64,000 nt of DNA. Source: Planctomycetota bacterium. GTDB taxonomy: Bacteria; Planctomycetota; SZUA-567; JAFGGJ01. The notes under the pieces were generated by a model. It saw only the letters and a program-made list of their open reading frames with translations. It searched no databases and had not been told where the DNA came from. A program made the translations under genes and the position numbers. How positions within the stretch are numbered: position 1 is the first letter of the stretch; the number at the start of each line of letters is the position of its first letter. Shown here in pieces: positions 56,509 through 64,000 of the stretch. The stretch spans positions 39,698-103,697 of the forward strand of contig JAFGGJ010000002.1 of assembly GCA_016930595.1 (NCBI GenBank), given 5' to 3'.

Positions 56509-57312
56509 ATGAAAACCAGCATCATCGTCGCAACGTACAACGCCCCGGAATATCTCCGGAAGGTCCTGGCCGGTTTCCTGGTGCAGACCGTCCGGCCGCA
56601 TGAATTGGTGATTGCCGACGACGGTTCCGGACCGGAGACCGCCGGCGTGGTGAAGGAGTATTCCGAAAAGGTGGATTTCCCGGTGATGCACACCTGGCAG
56701 GAAGACCGCGGCTTCCGCGTCGCCGCCGCCAGGAACAACGCCACCAGGAAGGCTACCGGCGACTACCTCATATACGTGGACGGCGATTGCATACCGGGGC
56801 CGCGTTTCGTAGAGGATCACATGAGAGTCGCAGCGCGGGACCGTTTCATCCAGGGCAAGAGGATAATGGTTACGCAGGCGGGAAAAGACGATGTGGACGG
56901 CAGCGAAAGCCTCGGTGAACTGATCAGGCTGCTGTTGTCGAGGAAGATAAAAAAGGCGCATCACCTGCTGCGGATTCCGGGGCTTGCTGTGAAGAAGAGG
57001 GGCATGAGGGGAATCCGCAGTTGCAACTTCGCCCTTCACCGGGATAACCTCGAGAAGGTCAATGGCTGGAACGAGGAGTTCGAAGGCTGGGGCAGGGAGG
57101 ACAGCGAACTGGCCGTGCGGTTGGTGCGCGTCGGCGTGGAACGGCGGGACCTGCTCTTTTCCGGCATCGTGTTCCACCTGCCTCACGAAGAACACGACCA
57201 GGACGGCCTGGCGAACAACAACCGGTTGCTGAAAGAAGCCTGGGAAGGCCCCACTTTCGTCAAGCGGGGACTCGAACGGAACGAAACCGGGCCGGACGGC
57301 GCTCAGACCTGA
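56509..57312 (+). CDS. glycosyltransferase family 2 with galactosyltransferase-like C-terminus
   Basis: IIVATYN, ADDGS, QEDRGFR, DGDCIP, NGWNEEFEGWGREDSEL. Confidence 0.9.
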   Translation: MKTSIIVATYNAPEYLRKVLAGFLVQTVRPHELVIADDGSGPETAGVVKEYSEKVDFPVMHTWQEDRGFRVAAARNNATRKATGDYLIYVDGDCIPGPRFVEDHMRVAARDRFIQGKRIMVTQAGKDDVDGSESLGELIRLLLSRKIKKAHHLLRIPGLAVKKRGMRGIRSCNFALHRDNLEKVNGWNEEFEGWGREDSELAVRLVRVGVERRDLLFSGIVFHLPHEEHDQDGLANNNRLLKEAWEGPTFVKRGLERNETGPDGAQT

Positions 57313-58424
57313 GGGGCCACCGCCGTAGTGTCGCCTTCCACAAAGCTGACGGGGATTATCTCGGTGCGGAATGCGTCGTAGCCCCGCTGGACGCGTTCCA
57401 GGATGAGTTCTCCGGCGGCAACGCCCATGTCCCTGGCGTTGAAATCTACTCCCGTCAGCACCTTGCCGGCGGTTTTCTCGCCCGCGGCAAACCCGACCAC
57501 GCTCACGTCCTCAGGGACGTTCACGCCGTTTTCGTTAAGATAGGTGATCGCTCCTTCGGCGTCCCCTCCGCCGAAGCACACGATGGCCGTGGCCCTGCGC
57601 CCGTTTTCCCAGAATTCCCGGATGCTTGCATGGGCGTCTTCGATGGTCCTTTCCACCACCCGCAGGGCGTGGCTTTCGTCCCGGACGTCGATGCCCGCCA
57701 TTTCCATGCCTATCCTGAAGCCGGCGAACCGTTCACGCGCCGCCGTGTCGATGTAATGCTTGTCTTCGGGGTCGGGCTCCGACCTCAAAAGGCCCCCCAG
57801 GAATACGATCTGCCTGTGGCCGAAGTCGAGCAGATGCTTGGTCATCAGCAGGCTTCCCTTTAAATTGTCCGCCACGACGGAATCGTAGCCCAGGCCGCTT
57901 GCGTCGTGGTCGACGAAGATCATGGGCTTCCCGACCTTCCGCAGCAGCGATATGAACTGCTTGCCCACGGGGCCTATGACGACGTAGCCGTCGACAAGGT
58001 CTTCGTGCAGGTTGGCTGATTCATCCGCGTGGCCCAGCCCGCTTTCGTTTATCACCAGGAGGCTGCGGTCAGCGCCAGCGAGCGCTTCCTGTATCCCCGC
58101 CAGGACGTTGGCATAGAAGCCCTTCCCCATGTATGTGCCGGCATGCATGGGCGCCAGGAACCCCACGACGTGCGTCATGCCGTCGGCATGGCGGGCCGGT
58201 TTGTCCACCACGAATATCCCGCGCCCCTGCTCGGATCGGAGCACGCCGCGGTCCACCAGCCGGTAAAGAGCCCTTTCCACCGTGGATTTGGCCACGTTGA
58301 AATTCTGCGACAATTCCCGGATCGACGGTATGCGCCCGCCTCGGGGGATTTCGCCCAGGGCTATTTTTTTCACGATCGATTCGGCGACGTGCATGTAATA
58401 CGGCGTGCGTTTGCTGTCGGGCAC
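57303..58424 (-). CDS. GntR HTH plus LacI-type sugar-binding regulator (AraR-like)
   Basis: PSIRELS..FNV..STVERA...L...G...QGRGIFV; DNLKG, HLLDFGHRQI, VPEDVSVVGF. Confidence 0.9.
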   Translation of the reverse strand: MPDSKRTPYYMHVAESIVKKIALGEIPRGGRIPSIRELSQNFNVAKSTVERALYRLVDRGVLRSEQGRGIFVVDKPARHADGMTHVVGFLAPMHAGTYMGKGFYANVLAGIQEALAGADRSLLVINESGLGHADESANLHEDLVDGYVVIGPVGKQFISLLRKVGKPMIFVDHDASGLGYDSVVADNLKGSLLMTKHLLDFGHRQIVFLGGLLRSEPDPEDKHYIDTAARERFAGFRIGMEMAGIDVRDESHALRVVERTIEDAHASIREFWENGRRATAIVCFGGGDAEGAITYLNENGVNVPEDVSVVGFAAGEKTAGKVLTGVDFNARDMGVAAGELILERVQRGYDAFRTEIIPVSFVEGDTTAVAPQV

Positions 58425-58550
58425 GTGGTATTCCTTTCCCGGACACCATGACGGTCCCCGGTGTTTCATTATAGGCGGCTTCGGTATTCTGCAACCGTCT
58501 GTACGCCTGCCGGCCGCCGGATCGTCGCCCCGCCGCCCCTTTCGGTAACT

Positions 58551-58925
58551 CTACTTGCCGTCAGATGTTCCGGATATCGCTATGGATACGATACCCTTGC
58601 GGATGAGCGTCCGCAGGAACATCAGGACCGCTTTTTCAGCTTCCGGCCGGGATACCTTGTGTTTCGACGCGAATTTCTTTATGATGTCCCGGACAGTTCT
58701 GCGCCCGTCGCAGAGTTCCACTATTTCGACTCCGAACGAATCCAGCTCGAAATCCCGCGTGACGAACTGCGGCAGCCGGAGCATCCAGCGCTGCCACCGG
58801 GATGTCTCGAACATCACCGTCAGCCGCTGGCCGCCGTCGTCCAGCGGCTTGCGATCCTGTATTTCGGCCACCACGGGACGGGCGTCGAGCGCCTGGCCCC
58901 TGGAAAGTTTCTCCTGTTTCGCCAT
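58551..58925 (-). CDS. PqqD/RRE family protein
   Basis: FELDSFGVEIVELCDGRRTVRDII..F...AEKAVLMFLRTLIRKG. Confidence 0.8.
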   Translation of the reverse strand: MAKQEKLSRGQALDARPVVAEIQDRKPLDDGGQRLTVMFETSRWQRWMLRLPQFVTRDFELDSFGVEIVELCDGRRTVRDIIKKFASKHKVSRPEAEKAVLMFLRTLIRKGIVSIAISGTSDGK

Positions 58926-59006
58926 GTCCGGTCGTGTCCCCGTCCGCAAATGAACCGCGCGCAGTTGTTATTATTGTACCTGTACGCCGTGGCATACCAC
59001 GAAACT

Positions 59007-59996
59007 TCACCCCTCGCCGACGGCGGAATCCTCCGCCCAGTGCAGGCCGTTCATGATTTCTTCGATCAGCGGCTCGAATTCTTTTCCCCCGCACGCCACG
59101 CCTATATAGACGAGCCGGTTCAGCGCCGCGTCATGATACAGCCTCACCCGCTGTCCAGGCGGCGTTCTCCACAGGAACAGCCTGAGCGGCAGGCGGAGAC
59201 GGGTCTCCGTCGTATATCCCTTCGCCGTTCCCTCCTCCAGCGGTTCGAAAACCGGGCCGCCCCTGCTGAACCGCTTCCTGTATCCGGGGCGGTAGAGCGA
59301 GCGGCCTTCTTCCAGCAGCCGGACCATCCACGCTTCCAGGTCCATTCTGGCCAGGGCGAGTTCCGCGGGATAGATCTCGCGCAGGACCATGCCGGGCCGC
59401 GTCGTCCACGACCGTTCGTCCGCCAGCCGGACCGTCATGTCTCCCAGGTTCAGGGTCCAGTGTTTCAGCGTGTAGCCTGCCGGCGACACGAAGCTCATTC
59501 CGAAAAACGCCCATTTCCAGGGAGTGTCCCGTTCCTGGTCGCTGAAGCGGGCGAGCGTTATCTTGCGGAAAGTTTCGTCGTCGCCGGGGCTTTCATGGTG
59601 GTAGGCGATTTCAAAAACCCTGTCCGTCGCGGGACAGTAACCCACGCAGTGATCCCGCCCCGTTTCCCTGTTCCTGTACAGCAGCAATCCCTCCAGGGAT
59701 GAATTTTCAATTTCCTTCGCCGACTTCGTCACGTCGGCGCCGGCTATCCTGGAAAGCTGCCTTATGGCGAAATCACGCGCGCGGAACCTGCGGCGCGTAA
59801 CGGAATTCCACAGGATTTCCAGCCGGGGCCGGGCGGCGTCCGAAAGACAGATCACGCCCTTCCTGTAGTGGCCGTCTATTTTGTAGGGACGCAGGTCCGG
59901 GCGGACTTCGGTCAGCATCCCCATCCAGCCCAGCGGGATCGTCGCCGCCGTCGGCGCGGCGGATTTCTTCCTGTTTCTGCTTTTTCGAGCCGACAC
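59007..59996 (-). CDS. hypothetical protein (possibly two PsbP/DcrB-like domains)
   Basis: 329-aa ORF co-oriented within the cluster; two similar starts, WMGMLTEVRPD and FFGMSFVSPAG. Confidence 0.65.
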   Translation of the reverse strand: MSARKSRNRKKSAAPTAATIPLGWMGMLTEVRPDLRPYKIDGHYRKGVICLSDAARPRLEILWNSVTRRRFRARDFAIRQLSRIAGADVTKSAKEIENSSLEGLLLYRNRETGRDHCVGYCPATDRVFEIAYHHESPGDDETFRKITLARFSDQERDTPWKWAFFGMSFVSPAGYTLKHWTLNLGDMTVRLADERSWTTRPGMVLREIYPAELALARMDLEAWMVRLLEEGRSLYRPGYRKRFSRGGPVFEPLEEGTAKGYTTETRLRLPLRLFLWRTPPGQRVRLYHDAALNRLVYIGVACGGKEFEPLIEEIMNGLHWAEDSAVGEG

Positions 59997-60033
59997 GGCG
60001 CCCCCCGGTTCCCTGGGTCGCGTTCCCCGGCGT

Positions 60034-62262
60034 TCACGAACTGTAACGGTTCAGGTCGATTCCGCTTACCTGGAAGTGCAGTATGAGCGAAAGGACGTTC
60101 CACAGGAACACTGCCAGCAACTCTCCCATTATCAGGCCTATGAATACCAGGCGCACCCTGTCGTACGTGGATTTGCCGCCGTACCTGACCACTACCTTCT
60201 TCGCGGCCCACCCGATGAAGAAACTGAACCACAGGCGCGACATTAACGGGTTCACCAGCATTATGTAGCCTATCGGATGCGGGAACCAGAACAGCGTCTG
60301 CCGCAGCAGCATGGAAATCGCCGTCCATGCCGCTCCTATCGCGTACCATATCAGCGTCGTGGCACGGAAGCTCGGCGGCGAAGTGGCCGCATTGTACGCC
60401 TGGCGCACGATCCCGGAAGGCCCCTGCGAATAGAACCAGTTGTCCATCTGCTGGCCGCCTTCCATGTAGGCAAGGAATATCGTGAACGCCAGCGACACGA
60501 GCACCGTTACGGCCAGGCTCACCACCATGTTCAGGTGATACTTCCCGCGCCCGGCACGCGTATCCTCGCGCATCTTGCCGGCGTTCAGCAGGCTTGGCGC
60601 AAGGAACGTCTTTATGTCAAGGAACAGCACCTGGTATATGGGGATCAGCGGCCCTATGAAAGTCGCCGAACTCGGGAAATACTTCCCCATGCCCAGCATC
60701 TTGTACGAATGGAAAAAGCTCGCGTGCGACTGGAACCAGTAAATGCCGCCTTCGGCCACTATCCGCATCAGCCCCAGCGTGATCAGCGTCAGGAAGCCCA
60801 CTATGAGCATCGAGAAAATCATGGTCGAGAAATATCCAGGAGCGTCTCCGGGCGCCGCGGCGCGGGCGTCGTAATTGCGCCAGTTCCAGTTCAGCCACAG
60901 GGTCACCACCGCCAGCGATACCGCCAGCCCTATGACCGGCAGCATCAGCTTGATCCGCTCGCCTCCCCTCTTGCCCTTTGCATAGATGAAATACTGCCGG
61001 ATGCTCCTGTACAGGCTCACCGCGCTGAAGAGCAGGATGCCTCCCGCCCCCTGTGCCGATATCGGGTTGTCCATCCACAGCCAGTCCGTGGGGAAATCGT
61101 TCATGTTGCGGCCGTACCCCAGCCACACCGCCACCAGCAGCATGAACTTGGCGAACAGAAAATAAAACCACGCCGAAAAACTGATCTCTGTGGGCAGCAG
61201 GAACGCTATGCCTATCGCTGTGAATATGATCAGGAATGTCAGCGGATGGCTGTATCCCCCCGTCAGCCCTTCCACGAAACTGCCTTGCAGTATCTGCTCG
61301 GTGCGCCATGACGACATCCCCAGGGTTATCTTGCTGAGCCCCGTGATCCATTCCGCGGCGACCATCGCGTTCCAGCTTATTACGAGGAAACTCAAGGCGA
61401 ACCCCGCCCAGAAGCCCGGCGCCTTGAACACCTTCGGCACCCAGCTCCTTTCCTCCCCAGGTTCCGGTATCACCGCCTCCGGCAGCTTTGCAAGCGGGAA
61501 TATCAGTTTCTCTCGCCCTGACCAGTACCCCAGCACGATCTGTGTCAGGCTGTAAAACATGCCGTAGGCTCCCGCTATGAAGATCATCCAGTAGCCCAGC
61601 GGCTTCAGCCATACCCCCCAAGGCACTTCCTTGAACACCTCCCACCGGAAAGCCCATTTCTCCGCCGACGGCGCCGATTCCGCCGGCCGCGGCACCGGCA
61701 GCCCTTCGCGGAACACCCGCACCGCAGCGGGATCCGATATGTAGAGGTCCTTGTTCATGTACGGCAGCAGTTGCTCGTCCCAGCCCGCCTGGGGCGTGTT
61801 CCACTCGGGGTTCCACGGCGCGGTCATCATGGGGACGAGCTGGTCCACCAGGCCGTACGTCGAAATGCCCGCAGTAACGAGCAGCGTCGCAAACACGCAC
61901 ACCAGCTCCGCTCGGCTCAACTTGACGAACAGGTTGTCCATCGGCACTGATAACCATTTCATCGCCATCTGCAGCCCGCGCAGCGCGGGGTTGACGGCTA
62001 TCACCAGCAGTATCAGCATGCCGAAAGCCAGCACCGGGATCATCGTCGAACTCGGGTACACGTGCCGGTACGTTTCTGCGAGTATCGTCACCACGGCCTG
62101 TCCCACGCACAGCAGCAGCGACAGCGGCAGCACCAGCCACAGCCGCACTCTCGTCGGGCTTTCGCTCGGCAGCAGCGCCGAGATGTCCGGGCTTTCGGCC
62201 GCAGGCTGGTTTTCCCAGTCCACGCGTTCCAGGTCGACACGCTTGTACGCTGTTTCGCTCAT
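60034..62262 (-). CDS. DUF6785/DUF6784-type polytopic membrane protein (OPT-related)
   Basis: About 16-18 TM segments; LSRAEL, W...EKLIFPL, IGIAFLLP.EISFS.W, RIVAEGG, WFPHPIGY, RYGG...Y....FIGLIMGE. Confidence 0.75.
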   Translation of the reverse strand: MSETAYKRVDLERVDWENQPAAESPDISALLPSESPTRVRLWLVLPLSLLLCVGQAVVTILAETYRHVYPSSTMIPVLAFGMLILLVIAVNPALRGLQMAMKWLSVPMDNLFVKLSRAELVCVFATLLVTAGISTYGLVDQLVPMMTAPWNPEWNTPQAGWDEQLLPYMNKDLYISDPAAVRVFREGLPVPRPAESAPSAEKWAFRWEVFKEVPWGVWLKPLGYWMIFIAGAYGMFYSLTQIVLGYWSGREKLIFPLAKLPEAVIPEPGEERSWVPKVFKAPGFWAGFALSFLVISWNAMVAAEWITGLSKITLGMSSWRTEQILQGSFVEGLTGGYSHPLTFLIIFTAIGIAFLLPTEISFSAWFYFLFAKFMLLVAVWLGYGRNMNDFPTDWLWMDNPISAQGAGGILLFSAVSLYRSIRQYFIYAKGKRGGERIKLMLPVIGLAVSLAVVTLWLNWNWRNYDARAAAPGDAPGYFSTMIFSMLIVGFLTLITLGLMRIVAEGGIYWFQSHASFFHSYKMLGMGKYFPSSATFIGPLIPIYQVLFLDIKTFLAPSLLNAGKMREDTRAGRGKYHLNMVVSLAVTVLVSLAFTIFLAYMEGGQQMDNWFYSQGPSGIVRQAYNAATSPPSFRATTLIWYAIGAAWTAISMLLRQTLFWFPHPIGYIMLVNPLMSRLWFSFFIGWAAKKVVVRYGGKSTYDRVRLVFIGLIMGELLAVFLWNVLSLILHFQVSGIDLNRYSS

Positions 62263-62263
62263 T

Positions 62264-64000
62264 CTAGTACCCCAGTGTGGTCGTGCTCTTCACTATAAGC
62301 GCTATCGCCACCGAAGCCATGCCTACCAGTCCCACGCCCGCCATGAAGCCCGCGACCACTATCGCTATGTATCGCTTGAACGTCTGGTGCCCGAACTTCC
62401 GCTGCAGGTAGAACCTCCCGATAAGCGCCCCGATGAATTCCGGCAGTATCTGCCCGGGCGTGGTCTGTCCCAGTCCGCGCACCGCCCCGTAGACCAGGAA
62501 CGTGGGCAGGTTCAGAAAACTCAACAGTATGAACGACAGCAGCCCCGATCCCAGCCCCCACCCGATTATGTCCCATTTTATCGCTTCCAGGAACTGGCTC
62601 GACCCTTCCATTGTCGATGTCACCGTCAGGCTGAAATTCAGCGCGTTCAGGTGCCACACTTCCTGCGTGAACGGGTACGTCTCGCTCGGGATCGGCGCTA
62701 TGCGCCATATCAGCTCGCTGAACAGCAGCGTGGTCAGCGCCACTATGGGATACGCCAGGAGCTCGACCTTTATGACCCCCGTCAGCTTGGTCCCCGTCAG
62801 CTCCAGTATCCGGAAGCCTCTCACCGCCCCGGCGTAGTCCGTCATCGGGATCGGCGCGAACCATATCGCCGCCCCCTTGTAGCCGGAAAGAATGAACGCC
62901 GCCTCCCGCACCAGCGGTATCGCCACCGTCTGCCCCACCATGCCTTCGAGCTTGGCGTTCGTGTAGCTTATGATCGGCTGGTACAGGAACGCAAACCCCA
63001 GGAAGAACAGCCACGGGAACCGCCCCTTCCCCGTCACCGGGTCGCCCGGCATCAGGTACGTGCAGATCCCTATGTACGTGATCGTGCTCAGGAGGTATAT
63101 CCCCAGCGACATCAGTATGGATATGTCCCCGCGCTCCCTGTCGCGGCTCAGCAGTTCCCTCCATATCTGCCCGAAGCCCTTCCTTTCCGCCGCCCCTTCC
63201 TCGCCCCCAGCACCTATCCACCTCATGAACATGGGCTTCAGTATCCGCGAAGATATGCTCACCAGGAATATCGCGAACATCAGCCCTATGCTGAACGACA
63301 GGTAGAAATCGATGTGGTTGCTGAAAAGCGTGTCCACCACCCCCATGCCCGGCTGCCACGTCGTCAGCATGCCGTTGTGATACAGGATGGGATTCAGTAT
63401 CCATGTCACTATCAGCCCTATGAATCCCCCGACCACCGCCCAGAACGGCAGCACCATCCCCACGATCACGAGCGTCAGGTCGAACACCAGGTTCAGCGGC
63501 ACCGCCGGCATGAAATCCCTGGTGCTTACCGCCGCCGTCAGGTCCAGCCACGGGATCGGGATTATCTTCACCGGGTGGTTGAACAGCACCGATGTCACCG
63601 CCGGAACGCCCGCGTATATGGCGCCGAAGGCCAGCCCCATCACGCCCCCGAGGGAAAAACACCGCCACCGCCACCTCTGCGTTTCGTCTCCCGAATCCGC
63701 CAGCGCCGTCACCCCCAGCGCTCCCACCGGCGCCATCGGGAAGGGCAGTTTCTCGACGTGCGACGTCAGCCGGTACAGCGCATATCCCAGCCCGAAGTGG
63801 TCTATCCGCCCCAGCAGCAGGGTCCCGAATATGAACGCCATCGGCGGCAGCCAGTGGCGCGTGAAGAACGTCCTCCCAGTCTGCTCGATCACTTCCTTCG
63901 ACGGCGCTATCCACGCCGGAATCTCCGACGCCACCCCCATCCCCACCGTCGCCGGCGACTGCACCAGGTACTGGTACCACAGGAAGTTCTGGAAAGGCAT
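62264..64000 (-). CDS. OPT-like peptide transporter (5' end outside the window)
   Basis: Multi-TM; VEKLPFPMAPVGA, SGYKGAAIWFAP, IWRIAPIPSETYP, AGFMAGVGL; open to the window edge. Confidence 0.75.
   Translation of the reverse strand: MPFQNFLWYQYLVQSPATVGMGVASEIPAWIAPSKEVIEQTGRTFFTRHWLPPMAFIFGTLLLGRIDHFGLGYALYRLTSHVEKLPFPMAPVGALGVTALADSGDETQRWRWRCFSLGGVMGLAFGAIYAGVPAVTSVLFNHPVKIIPIPWLDLTAAVSTRDFMPAVPLNLVFDLTLVIVGMVLPFWAVVGGFIGLIVTWILNPILYHNGMLTTWQPGMGVVDTLFSNHIDFYLSFSIGLMFAIFLVSISSRILKPMFMRWIGAGGEEGAAERKGFGQIWRELLSRDRERGDISILMSLGIYLLSTITYIGICTYLMPGDPVTGKGRFPWLFFLGFAFLYQPIISYTNAKLEGMVGQTVAIPLVREAAFILSGYKGAAIWFAPIPMTDYAGAVRGFRILELTGTKLTGVIKVELLAYPIVALTTLLFSELIWRIAPIPSETYPFTQEVWHLNALNFSLTVTSTMEGSSQFLEAIKWDIIGWGLGSGLLSFILLSFLNLPTFLVYGAVRGLGQTTPGQILPEFIGALIGRFYLQRKFGHQTFKRYIAIVVAGFMAGVGLVGMASVAIALIVKSTTTLGY

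Overview
GC-rich (about 63% by eye) bacterial chromosome segment, probably from a diderm PVC/Planctomycetota-like anaerobe (inference from a Chlamydia PknD-like kinase, an OPT-like/DUF6785 transporter cluster and an outer-membrane beta-barrel). It has no integrase, transposase, CRISPR array or rRNA. In order it holds: addB-addA; a three-gene coiled-coil operon; a VIT-vWA protein; gdh-pyrF-truD-sugar isomerase; a methyltransferase; a GH2 mannosidase; a four-gene MshEN/partner-switching operon; tRNA-Gln and tRNA-Glu; a glycosidase-like gene; a PknD-like kinase; a structured intergenic element; a HEAT lipoprotein; proA; mtnA; a sulfur operon (cysK, DUF39, NIL-ferredoxin, Rrf2, larE, ThiI-like); iolB; a PTS-IIA gene followed by two antiporter/PII-like pairs; an ABC1 kinase; surface proteins; three GT2 genes; a GntR-LacI regulator; and a PqqD/OPT-like transporter cluster. 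The strongest leads are: (1) a sawtooth purine/GC skew independent of gene orientation, whose sharp flip coincides with a highly structured palindromic element at about 33.85-34.07 kb; (2) a pair of equal-length, intermediate-filament-like coiled-coil paralogs plus a 1246-aa fibrous scaffold; (3) a candidate c-di-GMP-linked partner-switching system with unusual domain fusions. All calls come from reading motifs by eye; no searches were run.
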